Source of the DNA: Magallana gigas
Lineage: Eukaryota
Length of the DNA: 64,000 nucleotides
NCBI RefSeq assembly: GCF_963853765.1
Contig: NC_088857.1
Location: 38,068,001 to 38,132,000, forward strand
Direction: 5' to 3'
The first letter of the stretch is position 1. The number at the start of each line of letters is the position of its first letter. Of the stretch, positions 1 through 11,582 are shown piece after piece. Made by a program: the position numbers and the translations under genes. The notes under the pieces are model-generated. The model was not told the origin of the DNA and ran no database searches. It saw nothing but the letters and a program-made list of their open reading frames with translations.

Positions 1-17
1 TGCCTTTTGTTTTGTAG

Positions 18-266
18 TGATGCAGACTTGGAAGAATTGATAGATTTCCAGATAACAACTTTAAAGAAAAAGATCTTGTGTCATTTGGTAAATGAATACA
101 AAACTAACTTTTTTAAAAACACTGATTGACAATTTGCATAGTTTATTTTATTCATTCTTATACCTCTGACAATTTAAACTAAAATGAAAAGAGGTTTATG
201 TTACTTTAAAATGTTAAAAAAAGGAAGAAGAGGAGTTATGACTCCTTCTTATGAAAAAGGCGTAAT

Positions 267-315
<49 letters not shown>

Positions 316-380
316 AGTTTGTCCGTCATCCGTCTGTCTGTAAACTTTTCACATTTTAAACTTCTTCTCTATAACCAAAT

Positions 381-416
<36 letters not shown>

Positions 417-3400
417 ATGGAAAGGTGATTATAAAATGCAGAAATGAAAGACTGATCTTTATTTAAAACGGAGAAAACCTCGAAACTGTAGAAAAAGGGG
501 GGTGGATTTTAAAAAATCTTTTTCTCAAGAACTACTGAGTCAAATTCAACGTAATTAAGCATAAATAATCCTTATGGAAAGGAAAATATTAATTGCAAAA
601 ATTATGGGCTAATTCTGTTTCAATTTGAGTAATTAACGAAAATAAAAATAAAGAGATAATCGCTGTCAATCAGTATATAACTTCGGGTTCAGTATTCCAT
701 ATCGAAAACGAAAGTTCTTTGTTTGAAGCAGCCATGTTTGAATGTTGACGCATGACAAACGGGTCAAACTGACAAAGATGAATTTGCTTGTTGAGCAACA
801 GTTCGAAGGGATACTTGAAACATACAAAATATATTTGTGCTGATTTCGTGAAGTAAATTGAGGTTAAAACTTTCAATGCGTTTACATTTTCACTTGTGAC
901 GGTGGTTTTAGATTGTTTTGATTTTCGTTTCATTTTCGTAAATCATGCTTTGTAACTTGAGGAGAACTATCCCCTGTATTTTGGAATTTTTACGTATCGA
1001 ATCAAACATAGACTTCGGTCAATAAGACAGCTGATTGTTTACCTGCACAAAATAAGCAAAATCTGATGCACTAACAACATTTTATATTATAAATACTGTT
1101 ACATATTCGCCCTAGCACTATAACACATGGATCACAACAGAGGCTGCCATCTTGGAACTACTTTATTATTATGTATTAATGCGCATGACATAAACAACAT
1201 ATAGAACCGAGCATGTAAACATTCCGGATATAACATCTTCTCCCTCCTTAAGAATGATGTACATACATGTTTCATTTGTTGTTGCATGTGCAGTATTTCT
1301 ATACGCCAACAAGAAATTTGCCAGTTTTCTTTCAATGCTCCCTGCATCATTCTTACTGCATTTCATGGCTTGCTTGAAAGTTTGGACAAAACGCTCTGCA
1401 AGTCCATTACTAGATGGGTGGTACGGTGATGTCTTGATGTGCTTTATGCCGTTAGCATTCAAGAACTCTTCAAATTCTCTTGAGGTAAATTGTGGGCCAT
1501 TGTCACTCACAATTGTTACTGGAAGTCCATTTCTGGAGAAAATGGTTCTCAGAACATCAATAGTACGGGTTGATGTGGTTTTGCTAACTCTCCATCTTTG
1601 TCAGTAGAAGTCCAATCACTGTTAATGCACGACATGACACGACCTAGAACTACGTCATTACGAGTTTCGTTTTGAATGTTTTTGCTAAAAACTGGTAGAG
1701 TTTCAATCTGTCCAAGATAAAAAGCGTCCACCATATCTATGGTTACATCAGACTCTGTGCTTTTCAGTGGTAAGCGTGACATGGAATCTGCATTCGCATG
1801 CTTAGAAGTTTTACGGAATCCAATTTCGTAGTCATAAGCAGACAAGAAGAGAGAATAGCGCTGTAATCTTGAAGATGCTGTAACTGGGACTCCTCTCTGA
1901 GGACTGAAAATGTGTATCAAGGGCTGATGGTCGGTGATCAACTTGAATTTCCTACCAAACAAGTACGAATGGAATTTCTTGATCCCCCATATGATTCCCA
2001 AGGCTTCTTTATCAATCTGAGAATAGTTTTTCTCCGCTGGTGCTAATGTGCAAGAGGCGAATGCGATTGGTCTCTCTGTTCCATCAGGTAGCTCATGAGA
2101 AATAACTGCACCGAGTCCATAAGGTGATGCATCACATGCCAGGGAAATAGGCAAGTCAGGGCTATAATGTGTAAGTACCAGATCTGATGCTACTAAGTCC
2201 TTCACCTTGTTGAATGATTCTTCACAGGATTCTGTCCAATTCCAATGGCTGTCTTTTCGCAACAAGTTATGCAACGGTCCAAGTACTGTTGCCAGGTCAG
2301 GTAAGAATTTACCATAATAGTTCACTAAACCTAAGAACGATCTTAGTTGAGAGACATTACATGGGGAAGGTGCTTTAACTATGGCATCAATCTTCTCTGG
2401 TGTCTTGTGTAGACCATTTCTATCAATCACATGTCCACAAAAGGTAATGCTTTCCTTGAAGAATTCGCACTTCTCTAGATTTGCTCTCAGTCCATATTGG
2501 CTCAATCGCTTCAGTACCATGTCCAAATTCCTGAGATGTTCTTCATTATTCTTGCCGGTTATAACCATGTCGTCTAACATGCACTGAGTTCCAGGGACTC
2601 CTTGTAATACTTGCTCAAGGGTCCTCTGCCAAATAGCAGGCGCTGACGCTATGCCAAAGGCCATGCGATTATAACGATATAATCCCTTATGTGTGCTAAT
2701 GGTAAGTAGCTCCTTGCACGATTCATCCACTGGAAGTTGCAAGTATGCTTGCTTCAAATCGATCTTGGAGAAATGCGTTTCACCATTTAGGTTGGCGAAG
2801 ATGTCATTGAACTTCATTTTTCCTGTCGTTTCCTCTGGAACGTCTATTCTTCACATGCAGTCTGTTCACGGCTCCTGTATCTGTCCGATTCCTAGCCTGT
2901 ACTAATTCTGTTGCATCCTTAGCTGCCGCCTCCATTGCCACACTGATCTCCATAGCTTTTTCAAATGTCAAGTCTTTCTCTGACAGCAAGCGCTTTTGAA
3001 TGTGAGGGTGTCTTATACCACATACCACTCTATCCCTCAACTTTTCATTTAGCGAAGCATTAAAATCACAATAAATCTAGAGTTTCTTTAACTGAGCTAC
3101 ATACTCCGTTATTGTTTCTCCTTCCTTCTGGTCTCTTTTATCGAAACGGAAGCGTTCTGCTGTTTTGATGGGCTTAGGGGACAAATGCCTGTTGAGTAAT
3201 GTCACCAAGTCCTGATAAGTCTTCTCAGCTGGTTTATCAGGAAAAGTCAAATCCCGCAGGAGAGAATATAATCGTCCACCGATGAGACATAATAAAGACG
3301 GTACCTTTTTTCCAGGATCTATCTCATTCACCGTGAAGTACTGCTCAAATCGTTCGACGTAAGATTCCCACGGTTCGATAGTCTCGTCAAATGGGTCAAT

Positions 3401-6400
3401 CTTTCCAATTAAACCAAATGCCGCCATTACCACAGATCCAAAATATAATGGGACGGGTTAGAAACAGACAATTTGGAATAATTTGAGGTTACCGGAGTTT
3501 ATCCTCGTCGCCAATATGTTACATATTCGCCCTAGCACTATAACACATGGATCACAACAGAGGCTGCCATCTTGGAACTACTTTATTATTATGTATTAAT
3601 GCGCATGACATAAACAACATATAGAACCGAGCATGTAAACATTCTGGATATAACAAATACTATACATTCTTTTGATAATTCGGTACGATCTATATGTAAT
3701 GGTTAATGAATACAACATGTTTTGTTAAGATGCTTGGCATTTTCAGTTTAAACGGATATTGTTTTCGCTGCTAGAAATATATAGGTATATATATATATAT
3801 ATTATGAAAAATAAATTGTGCTCTTTCTTTGTTTTAGTGCATGTTTGTTCTGTTTTAATTGTTTAAAATTTCTCTTTACTAACCATATTTGAGTGTCAAG
3901 TTTCGAATTATAAGCAAGATACATAGCTTTGCTCACAGAACTGAGGCCATGCTTTTGTTCAATTACATTTTAAATGCTGAATCGGAAACACCAAATTTAA
4001 AAATCTTAAGTTGAATGTAATAAACTCTTCTGAACAAAAAATTGACTCAAACCTAGCAGAAATTCGAGCTCTGTATCTCTTCTTATAATTCTACGATTGA
4101 CGCTGAAATTTTGATTGATCACTATAAATGTCTCGCTAAACGTTAAATACCTGTACAGATATATTAAAAGGATGATATGCTGTAACTACTTTGTGGGGCC
4201 CCCTCCTTATACGATGAATTATATGAAATCTACACCAACATTGATGGTTTTTCAGACACAATTAAATAAAAACGACTCGCTATTCTTAGAAAATTTTACA
4301 GCGGAATATCATCTTGATTTGTAGCTGAGTGGGGGGGGGGGGGGGCTAAACTTTATTAGAAATCTTGACAAGCAAAAAAAAAGGATTTTGAGTACTGCAA
4401 TGTCTAACTTTGCAAAAAAGGGGAGGGGGGCACCCCCGGCTCCGACACATTGATTATAATAGCTCTTTAGCGTATAACATTACAGCATTTTTCATTCGAG
4501 TGTATTCATCAATTATAAGTGAGTAAGGTTATAAAATGTCACACGAGTTCACGCCTGGTAAACAACAGTGGTTTATAATGCGGAAGACCAATTAAATTTT
4601 TGAATGTTTTTGATTTTAGCGCATTGAAGTACAATTTTCTTCTTTCACATATAGGAATTTTTTAAATAAAATACAATAACTAGCTAGTAGTTGAAGACTA
4701 AAATGTACCTAAATGCATGCTCTCATATATAATTTGAGCGCTTTATAAAGTTAGGGGACAGAACTAAAATAAAGGGAATTGGAAGTTAACGATGTAACCC
4801 TACCAAAAATTTTGTTTTATATCTTGTATAGGATGTTGTTTTTGAAAACAATGGTATTTCATAAAGGTACAATGCCAAAGATTAAGTGTAGCAAAATAAG
4901 TGTAAAATTTAGATACTTTATGGTATTCTTTTTTGTTTTTCTACTGATGGGCCATATGGCACAATATCCTTTGGACACCCATATAAAGCCATTCGTGCTC
5001 AGGTGAGCGATGTGGCCCCATGGGCCTCTTGTTGTAAGTCAGTATGTAAGTTGCCAGACCATTGTGGTAGCTACAGTATTTGAGTCAGCTTGCCGCTCAT
5101 CAAACACCATACTCAAGATAAACATTACAAGAAAGTTCCTAGTTGATTTCCATTAATGTCAAATCCATGTTAGATATTGTCCGTCTAATGTATAGAATAA
5201 GGGGACATATATATTTTGAAGAACAGATATTGTTCAATCCTTTATAAAAATGAGTAGGTTCTTTCTGATGTCTGTTTTAAAGTTAGATTTATTCATTTAA
5301 TTTCAGGAAAAAATACGAGAGTTTGAAAAGAAACTGGATTCTGGAGAAATTCTGACTGAAGTACCATGTTTTGAATCCATTGTCACAAGTAACAGCAAAG
5401 TTAGCAAATTAGTGAACAAAAAGGTAAATCTTTATATGGGAATTCTGGTATGAAAATAATTATGATAGCATGTATAGGAATTAAAGCTATGAATTGCAAA
5501 GTACATGTATGAAATATGAGGTCACTCTGCCTTGCTGATTTTTGTGTACAGATATTAACATTTTTTTTATGTGATGCAACAAAACCTTTAACAATGTCCT
5601 AGAGTAATGATATAAGAAATTTTTCAGAACTCAGAGTTTGCATTAGTATGATGTAATTTTTGGTACCTTCATGATACAATTTATGCAATTGTTAAGCATC
5701 CGTAGTACATTTGCTTTCAATGAGATAATGAAACAAAGCTGAGAAATTTTCCCCACAATCAATGATATATTTTTCTTTTTAGAAAATGAATAGTCTTCAG
5801 AAATTCAGTCAAGAGCTTAGCCATAATTCTATTAAAAAGACAGCCACTGCCTCCAGCATTGCTGACAATGACAGTGTAGTTGGATTAGTGGCAGAAAATA
5901 GGAGTGTGTCAAATTCACCTACAGATGAGATGATGAATCCAAATCCAACCAAGACTGTAAGTGATAGTCAAATGGCAAAAAAGAAAACTAAAGACAAGAC
6001 AAAGAAGAAGGGAGTAAAGTCTGGAGGGAAGAGTCAGGTCAAGGAAGGGCAAAGTAAGCTCAAGGACAGTGGAGAGGTCAAGGCTGAAAAGAGAGACAAG
6101 CATACGGCAGAACAAACTCAACAGCAGGTACATGTACATTGTGTATATCCTATATATTTTCCTTGGATAAAGTGATGTGTATCTCTCTTCATATGCACTT
6201 GCAGCCTTTTGGTTTTTACTGTTGTAAATAAAACTTATAGTACAAAGTTGTCTTTGGAAAACCTTGAGGTATTTTTCTTCGAAATGTCACAAATTGATGT
6301 TTATTTTAGATCTAAATAATGTAAAATGTTATCTTTTGTAGGCCACTGTTAATAATGGTAATCTATCTACACCAGAAGAAGTGGCACAATTTTTACAACA

Positions 6401-9400
6401 TGAATGGGAAATGTCTCAAAAACAAGGTGTTGTTGATGATACAGTACTAGTGAGCAGCAATATGGAGAATCCTACAGGGGCAGATAATTTACAATGCCCT
6501 CGGAGGGATGAAAAAATGGAAAGGAAGGAAACTCAAACGGACTCTGTATCAAAATCTAGTTTGAAAAGTGAAGTTTTGTATTCATCTAGTCACACTGTCA
6601 ATTCCTTAGATGTCAAGTCAAATTCAGTAGTAAAGCAGAAAAATGATGAGTCATCTGCAGATTTCAATTGTTCACCTTACATGACAAACAATTCAACTGA
6701 GGTTTTGTGTGAATCAAATGATGGAAATTTTTCCCCCACTGAACAAACTGTTGTATGCAATGTGCAGATTTCTTCTACTAATTTGGAAACAAATGAATTT
6801 GATATGAAACATTTAAAAAAAAATGAAATGCAAGTGAATGATCAAGAAAATGTGAATGGTGTTCCACTTGGTCAAACAAAACAAGCCATGCAGAATTTGT
6901 CAAATGAAGAAATGCCTCCTGCATCTGCAGTTCATGACATGATGGGTTCAAATCTAGAATCTCAAGTTTCCAACTCAACTGCTACTCAACAACAGACATT
7001 ACCAGAATCTGGTGTAACTGTGGATCCCATATTGTTTGAAGCAGTGAAGGCTCAAATTGCTCAGGTGTACCCAGCATTTGCAGCAGATCCAAGTGTGTTG
7101 AACTCGATTGCCCTCCAACAGACTATGGTGTTACAGGCGTGTGTTGCATCAGGGGGTAATCTGGGCATCAGTGGGGCACAGCCTGTTGTGGGCAGTGAAA
7201 AAGTGGATACAGAGCCAAAATTAAGTCTACAAATTCCTTCAGAAAATTCAGCATGCAAGCAAGAAAAAGATACTTCCAGCTGTGTTCAACCTCAACCTCA
7301 TCAACAAAAAGAGACCACTGACTTTTCTTTGGAAACTTCCATCCCAACGTCAGCAAGTGGGGCCATTCCAAAACGTGTAAGTTCATACCAGAATTCTGGA
7401 ATTATGGCAAATCCTTTACCAAATAGGAAGGAATTTGACTCTCAATTGGAGCAGATTCAAGACATTGCACCCCCACCCGGTCTTAGTGGAACATCTATTG
7501 CAAGCAACAGTAGTGGATCCAAACCTTTTAAGTTTGATGCAGAAAATAAAGCTTGTGATCCCTATAATATGCCTAGTGTACAGTCAGGTATTGGAGCTTC
7601 AATAAATCTGGATCATGTTAATCAGCCTGACCCAGCAACGCTAAACACACAGTCGGCGTATATACCACCTCTCATCCCTAAATCATTTGACACAAACTTT
7701 GAGCATCAAGCTCCAGAGGTGTCAGAAGGTTTCATGAAGTCAAGTGTTGATTACTTTGGAAACCAAAATAAAACAGAACAATTATTAACCATTGGTCAGA
7801 AATCTTCAGCTTTTCCTTCAAACCCAAGCCTCATCAGCAAAAGAGAGTTTGCACAACCAAGTATTGCACCAAAGGAGATGTCAAATCAGAAACAGTTGGA
7901 GAACAGTTTGGATTCCATAAGTGACAAAATCAGCAGTATTAATCTCTCAGCTGGGATAGTAGGGGGTTCACCTAACATCTTAAGGAAAGAACATTTCCCT
8001 CAGAAGGGTGATTCAAAAATGGAATCCCTCAACCTGGATGAGATTGATGATGATGAGGAGGAGGAGGAGGAGGAAGATGAGAAAGATTTTGCAATTAAAT
8101 CTAAGGAATCTCAAGATCTGTTCAATCAGTGGCAGAAACCATCCTTAACAAAGAGAGAGAACACCCCTCCTCCAGAGGAGACTAAGTCCAACCAGCTTGG
8201 GATGCAGAAACTGGGCAGTGTGATGCACACACGTCGCACTCAGCTGGAGAAAGGTTCACTGAGGGACTGGATGAAGAAAGACACAGAGGGTAAAACAACT
8301 GGTGGATTTTTATTTATAATAAATGTCCATTAATTTATTGCTTCATGAGTAGATTTAAAGTGGGATTTATTGCTCAAGGTGCAGTTACCTAATATGTAAG
8401 TCATGTTAAATAATGGTGAAAGGTAATGATGTTTAAAGCAATATGAGGTGTATTTTTAGAATTTTATTTTGCTGCATAAATTTGCTAGTATGATAAGTCT
8501 GCATGTAGATTAAAATCTTATGACAAATAAAATTTTAAAGAATCGTTAATTTTCGTCAGAAGAAAAATTTCTCTTCTAAGGAATATATAGCAGACCAATT
8601 TTTTTACAGGCCGACAATAATTCAATTTTGCTTCATTTAAGGCTTCTTTACGGCTTTTCCAATAAAAATATGGCTAACAGAACTTTAAAAACAGTGATAT
8701 TTTTGTCATTTTAGTAGAAAATAACATTTTTTGTAAAAAAAAAAAAATTTCAGCACGAAAATTGCAGCTCATATTGCTTTAAAGATCTTTTCATAGAGTG
8801 AGAACCTATTCAAATTGAAGAACTTGTGTTCAAACCTATTGTATATTACCGGTATTTACATAACGAAATATCTTCAAACCATTTCTTGATTTTAGTGGAA
8901 GTGGGCCGTGCTGTAGATCAGTTGGATCAAATTTCTTATGGTTCTGACACACAACAGCAACTTGATGTCCAGGCACAACCTCAAGGACAGCCTAGATTAA
9001 TCAAAGAAACAACACCAGAAGAAGAAGAGAGCTGGACTCAAGTAAGCATAGCAGGTTTTTAAAAAAATATCAAAATCTGTGCCTATACAACTGTCCTCAC
9101 AGGTTGAAAAGTTCTGAAAACATTTTGATTTAGTTTAAAAAAAAAAGAATTTCTATTTAAAATGTGTTAGGTCACCAAGAAAGGGAAGAAGAAAGAGATG
9201 ACCCAGCCTCTTCCACCCTTGAATCCACAGCCTTCCATAAATCCACCACCTAAATTGTCTGCGACATCAAGACCATCTTCTGAAAAGAGCAACAACTTTG
9301 AGAGACTTGTTCAGAGACTTGGTGAAATCTTTGCAGGATTAAGCAGGTTTGTTGACTTATATGGCACTAAAACTGAATAAATAAAATTATTTGTAGCAGC

Positions 9401-11582
9401 TAAATTTAGGTAGTACATGTACCTTTACTATTACAGTTTTAGTTCTGTAGGATTTGATAACCCTAATGATGTAGTCAAGGTTTTCGATAAAAATGTTCTT
9501 TGTTAAAAAAATAAATATAAATAAATGGATTTATTACTTTTATTTTTACCTGTCCATGAAAATGTAAAATGGTTTAGAATGCTGAATGTCTTAAGATAGT
9601 GACTTTAAAATGGTGTTTTTATACTTCATTTATAAATGTTGAATTCTGCAGTGTGATTATCAGTACCGGTAGTCATAATCTCTTGTCCTTACAGAGAGGA
9701 ACTGATCAGTGTGATAACGTCGGTCAGGAAACAGAGAGGGGGCCTCAGTGGTTTAACGGTCAAGGACATTGTGGCTGATGCTAGGGTGTTTGCTACACGG
9801 CTCATGAAAAACAAGGTAAAACTGCAAGTGTTCAACACCCAATAGTTGCAGAACTTCAAATTGTATAGAACTGGGTTTCTTATAGAACATATATAGCATG
9901 TATAGCTCAAGCTGTAGCTCTACTGGAAATTTTTGGTTGATGGGACCTGGCTTTAAGACCATAAATTGAAATTAGACTACAGGTAGTCAAATATTTTCAT
10001 AAGTTCCAACTTTTGAAAACTTTCAACAATTAAATAGAATTTTCATAATAGTTTTGTATGGCTATAGTTGGCATTAACTCACTTTCAGATTGATAACAAT
10101 AATTTTAAAAAAAATGGCAAGTGCAGTGCCAAATTGTGATGAAATGTCATTACAGTAGACTTAATTATATTGTAGAAGCAGATATATTCGTGGAGGATTT
10201 AATTTCATTATTTTCGTTGGCAGTGTATATCAATGAAATTAAATCCATGACGAATTTTTAACCCAAGTATTAATAAATACAGAGTTGGTACACAATACAT
10301 TTTAGTGTATATATTAGATTGTGTTGAAATGCAATAATAGCTGGGTAATTAAGGCATTATAGGCGGGGGAATTCCCCGCCTCCCTGATCTTGGAGACAAC
10401 CCTGATAAATAGTATTTTAACACCTTTCCAATATCAGTTTTATCCACTTGTCGTTAGGTGTGATACCTACCCTGGAACGTATCTGTCAGAAGTCATGAAA
10501 TTTACTTGACTTGCATTAATTTACAAAATGAACTGTTGGACATGAAAGGTTCATGCATTTTATAAGGTACCATCATATTGTAAAGGAAAATGACATGTCT
10601 ATGTATATGATACTGTTGATAGTTTATAAACGAGTTCATTATTTGAATTTGCAGAATAAACTGGTGACTCAAACTTTCTGCGACTTTTCCATGCCATTCC
10701 AAAAGAACCAAGAGAGACCGGTGAGTGTCTACCTACATGCATATCAAATACTTTGTTCTTTACAAGAACTATCTGTTGCTGTTTCAAAATGTATCAGCAT
10801 AATCTTGCATTTGAAGTTGCATTCAATTCTGAAATAAACATAAAGGAAAGTTATTCAGAAGTTTTAAATGAAGGATTTGATGCTATTTTATTTTGAATAT
10901 TAGAATTTAATTCCTTTGAGTTTAAAAGCTTATATGGTAGAAGTTAATTGTCTTATTATTAAATTGTGTTTTGTGTGTTTGTTATTAAGTCTCTGAAAAG
11001 GCAAGGCTTAAAATTTGAGATATTTTATGAATTTTGTTTTAATCTAAACAGCCACCAAGGGATGATGAAGAGATATGCATCATTTGCCATGATGGCTTGA
11101 GTTGTGAAGAAGTCAAGAGTTTGGAATGTGGACATGTTTTTCATGCAGGGGTATGTATGTTGTAATATTTGCTCTGTTGTGCAATTATTGTAAATTCCTT
11201 ATATTATGCAAACACTTAATTCCGCCAATCATCCGTTTTGCATCAAATTGTGAGAATATGAAACCGCAAACACAGAATTTTTGTCATAGTTTCATTTATT
11301 TTACATCTGACAGAAAAAAGGAAGCGAGATTTAAAAATCTGCGAGATGTGCATTTCGCGATTTCACGAGGAAATTAATCCCTAGCGTTTTTAAATTAGGA
11401 ATCTACAGCATTTATTTGAAGACCATAGGTAATATGAAATCCGAAGTCTGCTCTGTGGTTACATGACTTGTTGTGCTTCCTTTCAGTGCATCAAACAATG
11501 GGTGTATGGCAGAGAAATGACTTGTCCCACATGTAGAAGACTGGTGCTGTTTCCTGAGGAATTTCCCAAACTGGGAAAGTAG
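18..11582 (+). CDS. TTC3: TTC3/DZIP3-like RING-H2 E3 ubiquitin ligase, 3' portion (5' exons lie upstream of the window)
   Basis: Phase-consistent GT-AG exons: 18-87, 5307-5423, 5783-6127, 6342-8289, 8896-9041, 9171-9346, 9695-9815, 11052-11150, 11487-11582 (TAG). The last two exons give the RING-H2 CIICHDGLSCEEVKSLECGHVFHAG|CIKQWVYGREMTCPTCRRLVLFPEEFPKLGK*. The CPTCR..L.PEEFP terminus and the preceding NNFERLVQRLGEIF...VRKQRGGLSGLTVKDIV helical block match TTC3/DZIP3 as I recall them; TTC3 versus DZIP3 orthology cannot be settled here. Confidence 0.8.
1097..1235 (-). repeat. 3' LTR (139 bp)
   Basis: Preceded on the minus strand by the purine tract AAGGAGGGAGAGAAGA; differs from the other LTR at one site (C1225 vs T3645). 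Confidence 0.95.
1255..1582 (-). pseudogene. Partial integrase core
   Basis: TTSTRTIDVLRTIFSRNGLPVTIVSDNGPQF...TSPYHPSSNGLAERFVQTFK. The HHCC domain, the first catalytic Asp and the C-terminus are deleted. Confidence 0.88.
1549..2817 (-). pseudogene. Partial reverse transcriptase + RNase H
   Basis: FSKIDLKQAYLQ, YRYNRMAFGIASAPAIWQ, MLDD, CDASPYGLGAV, ERPIAFAS, NYSQIDKEALGI and TDH motifs are present; the RT N-terminus is missing. Confidence 0.9.
2804..3433 (-). pseudogene. Truncated gag with an in-frame TAG
   Basis: MAAFGLIGKIDPFDETIEPWESYVERFEQYF...EYVAQLKKL*IYCDFNASLNEKLRDRVVCGIRHPHIQKRLLSEKDLTFEKA. The ORFs 3077-3433 and 2804-3040 are in the same frame, separated by the stop at 3077-3079. 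The zinc knuckle and protease are absent. Confidence 0.85.
3501..3513 (-). other. Primer-binding site TGGCGACGAGGAT
   Basis: Starts 3 nt inside the 5' LTR. Complementary to ...ATCCTCGTCG-CCA, which I recall as the 3' end of tRNA-Ser(GCU), a primer typical of Mag-clade elements. Confidence 0.75.
3517..3655 (-). repeat. 5' LTR (139 bp)
   Basis: Direct repeat of 1097-1235; TG...CA ends; adjacent to the PBS. Confidence 0.95.
11188..11408. mobile_element. Degenerate Tc1/mariner-type MITE in the intron that splits the RING domain
   Basis: Imperfect terminal inverted repeats TTGTAAATTCCT / AGGAATCTACAG; TA on the left flank. Confidence 0.4.

Larger units (their letters stand above)
1097..3655 (-). 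mobile_element. Internally deleted Ty3/Gypsy (Mag-like) LTR retrotransposon
   Basis: Two 139-bp TG...CA LTRs (1097-1235, 3517-3655) with one mismatch; 5-bp TSD AATAC (1092-1096, 3656-3660); PBS at 3501-3513; polypurine tract at 1236-1250; gag, RT, RNase H and integrase fragments on the minus strand. Confidence 0.95.
269..5033 (+). mobile_element. Non-autonomous Helentron-type element (HINE), expanded by nested insertions
   Basis: Left end TTTTTAGCTCACCTGAGCTGAAAGCTCAAGTGAGC followed by a TCCG/TCTG microsatellite. Right end GCTCAGGTGAGC (4997-5008) is the exact reverse complement of GCTCACCTGAGC (275-286) and is followed by the terminal hairpin GGCCCCATGGGCC-TCTTGTT. Same termini as 46281-47925. 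The two ends could also belong to two separate truncated copies. Confidence 0.65.

Noticed and set aside
1254-2905. Plus-strand ORFs 1254-1607, 2381-2587 and 2693-2905
   Set aside because: Antisense shadows of the retrotransposon pol sequence; no independent motifs.
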